NCBI GenBank assembly: GCA_964252035.1
Contig: OZ176211.1
Strand: one strand, 5' to 3'
Length of the DNA: 64,000 nucleotides
Source: Podarcis erhardii
Lineage: Eukaryota
This document shows positions 1 to 11,411 of this stretch, in pieces; the first letter of the stretch is position 1, and every line of letters begins with the position of its first letter. The position numbers and the translations under genes are program-made. The notes under the pieces are model-generated. The model made no database searches. It was not told the origin of the DNA and saw only the letters and a list, made by a program, of their open reading frames with translations.

Positions 1-109
1 CCGGAGCCTGATTTCTGTTCTCATCCTGAAGCAAAGTTCTTAACCTGAAGCACTATTTCTGGGTTAGCGGAGTGTGTAACCTGAAGCGTATGTAACCCGA
101 GGTACCACT
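1..109. mobile_element. Tc1/mariner-type MITE, cut by the window edge
   Basis: Matches 46620-46731 and ends in aacccgaggtaccact. Confidence 0.8.
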
Positions 110-368
110 ATATGTTGTTTTCACTAAGATAGGTATTTTTGTGTGCACTTTGACTTAATACTTGGTGTGCATTGCTTGGTTGGTGAACTGCACCACAAAA
201 TTCAGAGAAGTACACATTGAAAAGGGATGCTTGTGATTCAGTTCACATGCCGGTTCAAGCAAATGCAAATTGGGTAGATATCCGAACAAATTTCTCCCCC
301 ATTTTTACATACCTAACTAAAAAAATAACAACCACAACATAAAAACCATAGTGTTACCAGACCCATAC

Positions 369-587
369 CTGGTAATGCATTAATATATGCATGATGTAAT
401 CATATACTTCGCCCGCAAGCTTGTTTTCTGGCCTCCATGGAATAATGACAAACTGAATTCCTAATAAGGGCACAAGGATTAAAGTGGCTCTGACAGCTTT
501 CATGTACATGTTGGACTCGGCGCGATGAGTGTCTCTTAGCTTGGTTACTAGAACTCGCACAATGTTAAGCAAAAAGAAAAAATTGAC
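369..587 (-). CDS. CALCR: Calcitonin receptor exon, 219 nt, TM5-TM7 ([73 protein letters not shown])
   Basis: cag acceptor and gtatg donor. Linkage to mir-489 and the HGPVMAAL and WDDTPAG motifs favour CALCR over its paralog CALCRL. The remaining 3' exons are off-window. Confidence 0.95.
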
Positions 588-1963
588 CTGTAAGAACAAA
601 TGCTTTATTAATCAACCATCATTTTAGATTTATTTTATTTACAAAAAACTTGTAAAACATTAAAATATCACGCACACATATATTTTGTTTCCACAGATAT
701 TTTGAAACGAGATCAATTGAAATTGCATTACATGAAAACAGTGCATAACTCATATCACTGATATGTAAAATTAAATGGAATCAAACATGAAGCTGACCCT
801 CTGGAACTTTGTAAAAATAAATAATAAGACTAGAGCTGGGAGCAAGGGAAAATAACATGGACCAATGGTCCAGTTTCCTAGGTCACATATTTTAGGACTC
901 GGCACATTGTATTCTCAGGATCAGACTGGGTTTATGACCTGTAAGATATTATCGGCATCCCTGAACTGGATGCTCCCTAATCCCTGTCGACTGATCACTG
1001 GGGAATAGCCAACAGGAGCAGTAGAGCATCTGGTTCAGGATGAATCCTCCTTGGTTAGATGAAGGTGAAAAATGTTGCTGACTGTCTAAATGCAGGTAAC
1101 GTAGAACTAACAACTGGGTGTGTTTAGCAGGGGATAGTCCCCAGTCAAAGAGGCCAAAGGCTGTAAGGAGGCAAGGCACATGCTGGTGCCTTCCAGAAGT
1201 CATCGGACTACAAATCCCATAACACCCGTGCACTGGCTATGCTAGCTGGGTTGACTGGAATTGTAGTTCTAGGTATCTGGGGAGCACAAGGCTGAGGAAG
1301 GCTGCAATAGAGACATCTGGAGAAGAAAACCATGTAGAGACAGGTGCTTTGCCACCCTCTCCAATATTCAGAAGGAATAAATTGTTCTCGTTTTTCCTGT
1401 TTTTTTTTTTTTTTGAAAATAACACTGTTTAAAAATGTTCCTTTCCCTGCTCCACACCATGTTATCTGAAGTGTCTTTCTGAAGCTCTCTGCTAAAAGTG
1501 CTGCACTTAATCACAGATACATTAGAAACTAAAACACATATATAGAAACCAGAGAACAAATGTACACCTTTTCCCCTTTCAGCACTGAAACAATGCTTAG
1601 GCATGTGTGTGTGCTGTGGGGGCGATTATAATTTTATAGTCTTTAAGTTGCTGAGGAATGCTCGTAATTGGTGCTTATTCAAAAAAACATGCCACCTTAG
1701 GGGCAAACTACTTGTGACACTAGAAATGTCATTTGCAGTTGAGTAATTTCATTTTCTAACATTAATTAGCGGGGTGTGTGTGTGTGCGCACGCGTGCGCG
1801 CAATTGGAGCGAATCAGGACAACAGTTCATGGGAAGGAAGACACAAGCTTTCTGGTGTAATTGTTCCAACTAAAATTACCCTCTGCTATTTGGCATGGGA
1901 TGGTTGCTCCCCCAGCACCAAAAATTCCTTTTCGAACAGCTACACATTTAGTCCCTAAGGGGA

Positions 1964-2103
1964 AGGGCTATAGCTCAGTGACAGAGCATCTGTTTTGCAT
2001 GCAGAAGGCCCAGGTTCAATCGTCAGCATCTGCAGGTAGGGCTGGGAAAGACTCCCTATTTGAAATCCTGGAAAAACCCCTGCTGCTGGTTAATGTAGAT
2101 CAG
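1964..2103 (+). mobile_element. tRNA-Ala-like SINE fragment (related copy at about 3845-3965)
   Basis: tagctcagtg..agagcatctg.tttgcatgcagaagg.ccaggttcaatc head followed by a non-tRNA body. Confidence 0.7.
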
Positions 2104-2402
2104 GCATCTTCAATTTTTTTCAGGACTCACTCATAATCCAAATATGCACTTGAAGACTCATTTCTTAATCTTTTACCATATACTGGTGGTAGTGCTCCTG
2201 CTGTGACCCACCTTGGATCAGGCTGTGATCCACTGGGTCCCAACCCATCAGCTGAAGACCAGTGGTGTGGAGAGAACTGAGCAAGATGGACAAAAAGGTC
2301 TCTGCCCCTGTATAAAGGCAGAATTATTGGTTTGTTTTTGTTTTAAAAACAGGTGCTTAAACTGTCTACTTTATTTTGATGACAAAGCACGTGAGCAGTA
2401 AT

Positions 2403-2769
2403 AAGGTAATGGTAAAGGACCCCTGGACGGTGAAGTCCAGTCAAAGGCGACTATGGGGTTGTGGCGCTCATCTTGCTTTCAGGCCGAGGGAGCCGGCGTT
2501 TGTCCACAGACAGCTTTCTGGGTCATGTGGCCAGCATGACTAAACCACTTCTGGCACAACAGACCACCATGATGGAAGCCAGAGCGCATGGAAACGCCAT
2601 TTACCTTCCCGCCAGAGCGTACCTATTTATCTACTCATGTTGGTAGGCTTTCAAACTGCTAGGTTGGCAGAAGCTGGGACAGAGCAACGGGAGCTCACTT
2701 CATCACAGGGATTCGAACCGCCAACCTTCCGATCAGCAAGCCCAAGAGGCTTAGTGGTTTAGACTACAG
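2403..2769 (-). mobile_element. Sauria SINE
   Basis: Same core as 37551-37897, with an (ACCTTT)-like tail at 2403-2418. Confidence 0.9.
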
Positions 2770-4486
2770 ATCCACTCTGATCCAGAATCCACTCCTTCTC
2801 TGGACAGGGGCTCTGTATTGGTTTCCTGCTGAAAATCCCCTTGCCCCATTTGTTCCCAAGTATGCAGTTTTACAGCAAATGGTTCATTCAGGGGGCAAAC
2901 AGAAGATACCCATTGGGATCACAACCTGAATCAGGACCCTGTACTGGTTTTGTAAGCTCAGTTCCTCAGATTGCTTAAGCCAAAATCATATGATTCTGGA
3001 AGCAACACAGACACTGCACCAATTAAGAAAAGAAAAGACATGTCTGCTTTGAGCCCAAGTACCATTATCTCTCCTTCAGTGGCTTCTGAGCTCATAGCCA
3101 ATGTATTTTTGGAAAGGCAGTGCTGTAATGAGCAAGTCAGATAGTAAAGGAGACGATTTGAAGCCAGCAATCATCACACCTGTTTTTTCCCCTTTCTTTC
3201 GTTTCTTTTCTGAAAGTGATTAGAGTTCCTTTTAAAAAAGATGATGGGCTTTACTTTGCAGAGTAACCAAAGCATAAAGCTTGGGCGTAGTGGTGGTGGA
3301 GTTCAGAAATAGGAAAAGGTTTGCACATCATCAGCCAACCTTGGCCTTTAGGATCCCAGAGCGGAGGGGGGAAAAATCAGACTGCTGCAATAAATCTTGA
3401 GCTGGTTGTGGTTCTTGAGAGGCCAGAGGGCATGCAAAGTATTCCCATCCAGATGATAAAATTTAGTATGGCATTAAGCACAGCAGCCCTCTTTCACAGA
3501 CCGTTACACGGAGAACGATCATGTGTCATTTCCATTCTGGATAAATGAATTGAGTCATTGAAGCCTGACTACTATAAGCAACCTACTATTTCTCCAGATA
3601 TATTATTGTTTTATTTTTTTAAAAAGACACCAAAACTCTGTCGGAAAACTGAAAGCTAAATTAACTTTGTGAAGACAGACTGAGGCTACTTCCATCGCCA
3701 TTTCTGCCTTACTCATCGCCAGAGTATTTCTGCTTATAACGCACATGTCTGCAGGCAAAAGCTAAATACCAGGTCATCCCGCTTTGAATCTTTTGGGGTG
3801 TCAACATGCCGATCTTACACAGGTTATGTATATAAAGCTGTGGGGAAGGTGCTTTGCATGTAGAAGGTTCCAGGTTCAATCCTTGGCAGGAGAGATCCCC
3901 TGCCTGAAAATCTGGAGAGATCCTGCCAGTTGGTGTAGACTGTGCTGAGCTAGATGGTCTGACTTGGCCAGTCTTGCCAGTTGCAATCCTATTAGAAACA
4001 GTTGCTATCAACATCTAGACAGGAAACAATACACAGGCATGGAACAGTTTCAGGATTCGTAGTAGCCAGTTCAAGAGCTTTGCTTGGCGGTAGCAGCTAC
4101 AATCCATATTAAGGCCGGCCATTCCTGCCTTTTGCTCGGGTGGTGAGCTTTCGTGGAAGGTCCTATGGGAATAGTGCACCCCCCCAATTTTGTATACCAC
4201 CATTTTATTTCTGTGTTGGACGCCATTCTTTCTCTTTTTCAGTTCCAAGCTGTTGAATTAGGTTAGCTTTTTTTGTATTGGTTTAAATAATACTGTATAG
4301 ATTTCCTTTCTCTATTTATTGACTTTGGGCAGTATTCAACTTACTAATGCTTTGCATTAGTGCACTTCTTAGCGCTAGCGCAAAAGGATTTCCTCCCTCT
4401 CCTCACTCCTGCATGCCCCACACCACCCCCAAATCATCTTTGGAACAGATTTAGTGGGTGTGTTGGGGGAAGAGATGGGGGGGGGG

Positions 4487-4730
4487 AGAAGAAGAAGAAG
4501 AAGAGTTTGGATTTGATATCCCGCCTTTCACTCCCTTTAAGGAGTCTCAAAGCGGCTAACATTCTCCTTTCCCTTCCTCCCCCACAACAAACACTCTGTG
4601 AGGTGAGTGGGGCTGAGAGACTTCAGAGAAGTGTGACTAGCCCAAGGTCACCCAGCAGCTGCATGTGGAGGAGCGGAGACGCGAACCCGGTTCCCCAGTT
4701 TATGAGACTACCGCTCTTAACCACTACACC
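4487..4730 (-). mobile_element. tRNA-derived CORE-like SINE (Squam3-like), young copy
   Basis: Near-identical reverse complement of 45547-45789, with a (GAA)n tail at 4487-4506. Confidence 0.8.
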
Positions 4731-5031
4731 AGAAGTGTAGTGTTGCTCAAGATTGTGTTGCTCAAGGAGAAATCTTTTCAATGATGGAACCTCAGTCTTA
4801 GCGGCACACTGAGTACAACCCAGTCTGGTTATTTTTAGGGAGTATGTTTTCTGAACTGTTATATTTATTGTTCATTTGGTATGCTGTTGTGAGACACTTT
4901 GGCACATTATTTTTTTTTTTAATTTTCTATCACTTTTGGAGACTTGGGTTAGATGGTTTTGAACCTTGCGCCTGTCTTGTATTGTAGTGCTGATTTTATG
5001 TCTGTGTTCTGTTATTGACATCTTACTATTA

Positions 5032-5260
5032 CAGTCATACCTCAGGTTACAGACGCTTCAGGTTGTGTTTTTTCAGGTTACGAACCGCCGAAACCCGGAA
5101 GTACCAGAACGGGTTACTTCCGGGTTTCGGTGGTCGCATATGCGCAGAAGCGCCAAATCACAACCCGTGCGTGCACAGACGCGCCGCTGCAGGTTGCGAA
5201 CGTTCCGGGTTGTGAATGTGCATCCCACACGGATCATGTTCACAACCCAAGCGTCCACTG
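5032..5260. mobile_element. Tc1/mariner-type MITE, family 2 (relatives at 61644-61851 and 38846-39066)
   Basis: CAGT...ACTG ends, TA TSD, internal palindrome aaacccggaagta...tacttccgggttt. Confidence 0.8.
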
Positions 5261-6573
5261 TACTTCTACTTTGTTATGTGATCCTTAATGATGTGGTTTA
5301 TTTATTCTTATGTTAAATTTCTTTAAGATTATTTTGAAGTAATGAAAAATGGCATACAAACACATTAAATAGAGTTGTTCGCTCAGGGCCTTATTCCCCA
5401 AATTTTAGAAGGAAAACTTCTGGGTTCCTGAGGGCAGCCAATATGCTACTTGAAGCAGCAACAAAGCTTTCTCTCTCTTCTAGTTATGAAAAAAAAGGGT
5501 CGGAGGAAATAACAATTTCATCTTTAAACGTAAGAGATCCACTCCCAACTGGAAGTTCCTTAGTTTCTCCCTGCCTCCTGAATATTAATCCAGTCTCTGG
5601 GATGACTTTTACATCATTTGAAAGGGCCAAAAACCACTGGGCTAAAATATGTTGGCCTAATGCTATAGTTATATAGATATATAACCACATAATCAATACA
5701 ATCAAGTTGCTGAAACCATGTCTGGCATACTGAGAAGCTCCCTGCTGCCACCCGTGCTTTCCAGGTATCTGGAGTCAACCAGGAACTACAAATATCCCAA
5801 AATAATGAGTCAGCTCCTTCAAAAGATCACACGGAGCCAATTAACAAGAAAACAAAGACGTATCAAGCTGCAAGGATAATAAAAGGAGCTGAAGGAAGAA
5901 CACATAAGAAAAAGCTGAGAAAGGTGTGTACCGTATTTTTCGCACTATAGGATGCACTTTTCCCCTTCCAAAAATGAAGGGGAAATGTGTGTGCGTCCTA
6001 TGGGGCGAATGCAGGCTTTTGCTGAAGCCTGGAGAGCGAGAGGGATCGGTGCGCACCGACCCCTCTCACTCTCCAGGCTTCAGGAAGCTCTCCGCAAGCC
6101 GTGGGAGCCCGGCGCGAAGTCACGCAACTCTCCCACAGCTTGCAGAGCTGAGCTCAGCGCACCTCAGGCTTTGAGCTTCGCACAGCTCTCCGCAAGCCGT
6201 GGGAGAGCTGCGCAAAGTCGCGCAGCTCTCCCGCGGCTTGTGGAGAGCTGCCTGCATCCCGAAGCTTGGGGCGTGCTCAGCGTGGGCAGATATCCGCAAG
6301 CCTGGGGAGACCGGCGCGATTACCGTGTTACTTTAAAATTTAAATAATCTTAACTGCTATTAGCAGTGTTGGGTGCCATGCAGAAAAGGGGGGGGGGTAA
6401 AACTACTAAGTCATAACTGTAATCATTAATAACAATTTTTTAGAAAAAATAACAGGTTGTATCCAATGTTAGTCTGATTCAGAGCAGACCAACTGAAATT
6501 AATGGCCATAGCTAATTTAGGCCTATTAATTTCAGTGGGTCGACTCTGAGTACCATTTACTTGGATTTAGATA

Positions 6574-6773
6574 CCGTATTGGCCTGAATATAAGCCACAC
6601 TTTTTTCCAGTTTCCGACTGTGAAAAGTTAAAGTGCGGCTTATATTCGTGACCTCACGCTGCCGGCAAAACAGCTCGGCTCCCCCCCCCCCCCTGAAGGA
6701 ATGAAGGAGCCACCAAATTTTAATTTTAAAGGTGCAACTTATTGCAGGTGCGGCTATATCTGGGCCAATACGG
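6574..6773. mobile_element. Tc2/Kanga-like MITE with CCGTA termini (relatives at 7981-8344, 42223-42401, and truncated 5931-6320)
   Basis: TIR ccgtattggcc.ga.tata.gcc and TA TSD. Confidence 0.78.
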
Positions 6774-6853
6774 TAGTAGTAGTAGTAATAATAATAATAG
6801 GCAAAATAATAATAATACAGTGCTTTTAATGCAGCAGCAAATGATTTTCTCAC

Positions 6854-6920
6854 CAATAAAGCTGCCATCACAGGCCCATGAACAACATACAACAAGTGAG
6901 TGTCCACACTAATCCAGCAG
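6854..6920 (-). CDS. CALCR: Calcitonin receptor exon, 67 nt, ECL2-TM5 ([22 protein letters not shown])
   Basis: [16 protein letters not shown] motif; cag acceptor and gtgag donor; only 97 nt from the previous exon. Confidence 0.96.
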
Positions 6921-7017
6921 CTGGAAGGAGAGAAAAAAAATTTACTAAAAGAGCAAAATTGCTTTGTTTTTATAAAGAAATGTGAAGTAAACTATAAAGA
7001 ACAAACACAATACTTAC

Positions 7018-7078
7018 TTATCATTGAAGTATTTGGTTCTTGCCACAGCATGAATTGATGCCGGCACTAAAGGAAACC
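7018..7078 (-). CDS. CALCR: Calcitonin receptor exon, 61 nt, TM4 (GFPLVPASIHAVARTKYFNDN)
   Basis: Translated by hand; GFPL.P..IHA.AR..YFNDN motif; tag acceptor and gtaag donor. Confidence 0.96.
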
Positions 7079-7980
7079 CTAGAATGGATAATTATACGCA
7101 TCACATTTCAGTTTTTGTAATGCAATCTATGTTAGGCTGAAAAAACCTTGTGAAAATCATACAGAAATGTGAATTAGAGAGTAACAAGCCTCTCTAGTGC
7201 AGTACCTATATGAGTAAGAATGTTCCCACAAGACAGCTACTACATATGAAGGCCTTAAAGTGTGAGGAACCTGCAGCTTTCCAGAACCTGTTGGTTCTTA
7301 CTAAAGGAGAGAGGCACAGCAAGAGACCTCCCCCAAAGAATCCTGGGAAATGTGGTTTACCCCACACCATGCTACAATTCCCAGCACACTATAGTTCCCA
7401 GCATTGTTTGTGCTTTAAATGTTTGTTGTGCATGCAGCCATGGTAACATGACCACTGACTGTAAATATATTTCTCACTCTGGCTGTATGAAAGAACCTTT
7501 ACAAGTGAGCCTTGTAATGAATATGCCTTGTCAGTGTGAGAGATTTTAGCGCTGCTGGCTGAGGCAAGCCATGGAGTTAAGGCTGACAAGCACATACATA
7601 CAGTTATTTTTCCAAAGCATTTTTCTTTTAACACTGCCCTGACAAGCTTGCCCCTGTCAAATTAAGTGCAGGCTCAGGGTGTCTGAAGGAGCGAAAAGTT
7701 TTTGCACTCAAATCATTGCTCTGGTAAGCCTCCCAAAATGCTGAAATAACTAAAAATAAATAAATGTCAGGGAATTCAGTTGGAGGGACTGCTTACAGAT
7801 ATTGATTATACTAACATTTGGGGGGTGAGGTGTAGTGGAGCATGGAATACTTTCTTTGGTTATTGATTTCCATCTGGTTTTTTAAAAATAAAACACTGCC
7901 ATTTTAAAGCAAACTGCTGCCACTCATTTTAAGAGCTATTCTTTTCTATAATAAGGTTCAGAGCCGTATGCCTCTAAATA

Positions 7981-8344
7981 CCGTATTGCCCTGAATATAA
8001 GCCTCACTTTCCTCCCCCCAAATTCCGACTGTGAATAGTTAAAGTGTGGCTTATATTCGCGACCTTATAGTATGCAGCCAGGAGCATGGGGCAAACAGTG
8101 CCAGGAGCGCTGCAAAGCAGCGCCTGCCCCATGCGTAGTCCCCCATCCTTTTCCCCAAGGCCAGGAAGGGAGAGAGCGAGGAAGGGGAAACACAGCGCAG
8201 CTCCCCCTCCCCTCCCCCTCCCCCTGCCTAGTGTGCAGCCAGGAGCAGCAAGGAATGGAGTGGCTTAAATTCAGGTATTTCCCCCCCTCCAATTTTAAAG
8301 GTGCGGCTTATATTCAGGTGCGGCTTATATTCAGGCCAATACAG
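7981..8344. mobile_element. Tc2/Kanga-like MITE
   Basis: ccgtattgccctgaatataagcc ... gcggcttatattcaggccaatacag, TA flanks. Confidence 0.78.
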
Positions 8345-8408
8345 TAGATTGCCAAAGTCTTCTACACTTTGAAAGCATGCTCCCTGCCTCAAATGGTTTC
8401 CAAGGCAA

Positions 8409-8690
8409 TTTGAAAGAGGGTAAGGATTTGCTGAATTTGATTGTGTAAAGGGGAACGCAGGAAAGGGAGACGTGAGGAAGTCAGGAAAGAGGGTTATAAA
8501 GATAAGAATCCCAAAACTAATTTTCTCTATTTTCTGTTTCTTCTTATTTTTTCTGTCATATATTCTTTACTGTGTTTTTTTTAGTTCTGTTGGATTATGT
8601 TGCTTTTTATTGTATTTTTTTCCCCGTTTTGTTTGATTGTAATATTTGTTTTATTATATAAAATCAAAATAAATATCTTTTATTAAAAAA
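8409..8690 (+). mobile_element. L1 3'-UTR-only insertion with A-tail and 18-bp TSD
   Basis: aaatggtttccaaggcaa is duplicated at 8391-8408 and 8691-8708. It shares the ggaacgcaggaa..g..acgtgaggaagtc motif with the 3' UTR of the L1 at 14.4 kb. Confidence 0.85.
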
Positions 8691-8855
8691 AAATGGTTTC
8701 CAAGGCAAATGGCTAGTGCTGCAAGTATACATGTGCTTCATAGGACTTTAGTTCTTTGAAGAAAGTGTTGCTGTTAAGGTTTTCTGCCATTCATCACAGA
8801 GCACAAAGACTATGGAATTTGCTACTGCAAGATGTAGTGATGATGTCGACCACCA

Positions 8856-9112
8856 ACTGAGATGGCTTTAAAAGGAGATTTGACAAATTAGGGAGACAGT
8901 GCTATCAGTAGCTACTAATCATGATGGCTTCAGTTCTGAGGGTGGTCTGCCTCTGAAAGGCAGCCACTGGGGAGTAGGAGAGAGGAGACTGCTGTTGGAC
9001 TAATGGCCTGATTGCAGGCTTTCCATAGGTATCTGGTTGGCCACTGTGGGAATAGGATGCTGGAATAGATGGAGTTTTGTTTGATTCAACAGGATTCTTT
9101 GGCTTTTATTTA
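8856..9112 (+). mobile_element. CR1-type LINE 3' end (second family; related copy at about 19880-20135)
   Basis: gatggctttaaaagg...tggttggccactgtg...aggatgctgga shared between the two copies. Confidence 0.6.
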
Positions 9113-11257
9113 CATGAATACAGTTGGCTTGGTCCTGCTTTGTTTTAACTAACAAGTCAGAACAAACCACCGTCCCTGGGTTTGCATGACTCAAGAAGCT
9201 CTGGTTCCTTCGAAATCGAAGGCCAAAGCTTTTAATCACCTCCTGTCATTTGTAAAGGAGGAGGAGATGGGAGCGTGTGAATCCAAGGCTGCTGCAAATG
9301 CTAAACCATGGTTTGGCATCACTTCTCAGCTGAGTCTATGCCTTCTCATATTCTTCAGGTTTAAGCAATGAGCCCTGCTCTCTTTTTGCTGTAACTGAAA
9401 ATAAATTGATCGGAATTGGCAACAGTAACTGGGCTGAATTGAAGATAAAGACAGAAAATGATTCTGAGAGTGCAATTTTATACACGTCTACTCTGAGATG
9501 AGTTGGACTTACTCCTAGGTAAGCATATAAAGGACTGGAGTCTAATTTCACATTTCAAAAAACCACGGCCAGCATAACTTTTTTACACTTTGTTTTTGTT
9601 AGTGTATAAACATTTCAAAACTAGAATGTGCTTTTGATAAAAAAACCAATACATAGTTGAGTTATGTGGATTTTGTGTGAAGGCTTGCAAATGATTTCAA
9701 AACTTATCCAAACATCAGCATTCTGGTATGTTAATGTCTGTGATATGTCATTACTGCTGATGATATTGGAGCGACGTTTGAAAGTTTTATGGAAACAATC
9801 TGTATTCAGATTGCTTGAATAAAAACAAGATCATTCTTCTTGCAAGCAGTTCTAATTTCAGCCTCAGATAACACTGATAACTCTTGCTTTCTTGCTCCAC
9901 CTGAGTGGTTTTACATCTACTGAAGTGAAATTGTAATGTGCAAAGCTGTCAGTATGACAAAGGCAAAACAGGCAATGGTTTGTCTGCCATGGAAGTATGG
10001 CAGGAATCAGTTTTGCATTTTTAACAGCTCTCCTTAATAAAATTCAGATAGTTCATTTAGTCTTCTCCCAATTAGCATTCTCATGGATATTGATTCATGT
10101 TAAAATACATGCAGGGTTGGCATATTACCACAATGCACCAAATACAAGATTAAGCCAGCTACTGTCTCAAGGTGTTTAGTCAAATATATCAAACCCAATG
10201 TCAAAATAAATATTTTGGGCATACTATGCAATTTTGCCCACTTACTGAGATGCACAATCTATTTGCTCTAACGTGAGAGGCCATTTTGCTAAGCTGATTC
10301 CAGTTGGTTCACGTGGGGCATAACATGCTATGGGAGGGAGTTACTATAGCTGGAAGCTGTGGTAACCTCTAGGAGATTATTCTTCTGACAATCTGTCTAA
10401 AAAGCAATTCATCTAATGCAAAGGCTTTCCTTGAACACCACTGTTCCCACCTCAACCCATCCCAGGCACCATTTCTGGGAATAGCATGCAGGGATCATTT
10501 AAAAAGGACAAGGGAATCATTGCTCCTCATGCTTCCAACCAGGCGTGATTATTTCTCAGGGGCCCCTATATTTCTGGCCAGCTCACTGGTTCTGCACACT
10601 GAGTGATCATGGTTATAAAGTATGCAGACTGCAAGAAGAAAACCCTTCTGGAGTAAGGAAAAGAAGATAAGTTAGCAACTGCTTTATTGATAAATGGCAT
10701 TTATTTGTTGGTGCAATAAAACGCAATGTATTGTTGAACTATAATCACTGCTAGGAACACTGCGATTAAGAATACACAAGACCTGGCTTTAGCATTTCCC
10801 TTCCTTTTTCTATGTGTTTATCTGTAGGTGTGTGTGCATTTATTATTTTACAATATATTTACAAATATATAATAATAATATTATATAAACAAATTAATGA
10901 TTTTATGCAAGCACAAACTTTCAAACTGTAGTGTGCATAAAGGTCCTGCTTAAAGGACACAGACTTTTAAGCCCAGGTGCCTTAACTTCCAATTTCTGTG
11001 GGGGGCGTTTGTACCAGTAGATTTGTAAGTGTCTTATGTCTTCTCTTAAAACAAATATTTTTTCAAAGTAGAATATCAGTACTATGTTTTATGATTCATC
11101 AGGAGCACTGCCTAATAATTAACAGAAAAACAAAACAAAACCTTGCTCCCTTCGTCACCAGCTGGTCTAGGGGCCCTCACACTTCCAGCCACTGGAAACC
11201 AGAAGAAAGAAGAACAGAAGAAAGTAAAGAACAGGAAGGAGAGGAAATGCCACATAC

Positions 11258-11411
11258 CCCAACCCAAGAGGTAATACCAGTGCAGACGCTGCTCTTCAGC
11301 AAATACTGCCACCACAATGAGAGTATGAAGATAAATGCCTTCACAAAGCATCCAGAAGTAGTTACAGCCCATCATGTATTGGTGAAAAAACTGAAGCACT
11401 TTGCAGCTTAC
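11258..11411 (-). CDS. CALCR: Calcitonin receptor exon, 154 nt, TM3-ICL2 ([51 protein letters not shown])
   Basis: [22 protein letters not shown] signature; cag acceptor and gtatg donor. Confidence 0.97.

Noticed and set aside
354-368. ORF extension VWVW-stop after HYQ
   Set aside because: Read-through into the intron beyond the GT donor at 368; not the real C-terminus.
1774-1802. Alternating purine-pyrimidine tract (potential Z-DNA)
   Set aside because: Short (GT)n/(GC)n microsatellite, common in vertebrate introns; no further support.
1964-2035. tRNA-Ala-like sequence (also tRNA-Lys-like at about 18095-18163)
   Set aside because: Stems are disrupted and the sequence continues into SINE bodies; not tRNA genes.
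4145-4160. CACGAAAGCTC hammerhead-like half on the minus strand
   Set aside because: No CUGANGA core or helix II upstream.
5841-6347. Overlapping ORFs and an internal hairpin
   Set aside because: They lie in a GC-rich truncated MITE with internal repeats; non-coding.
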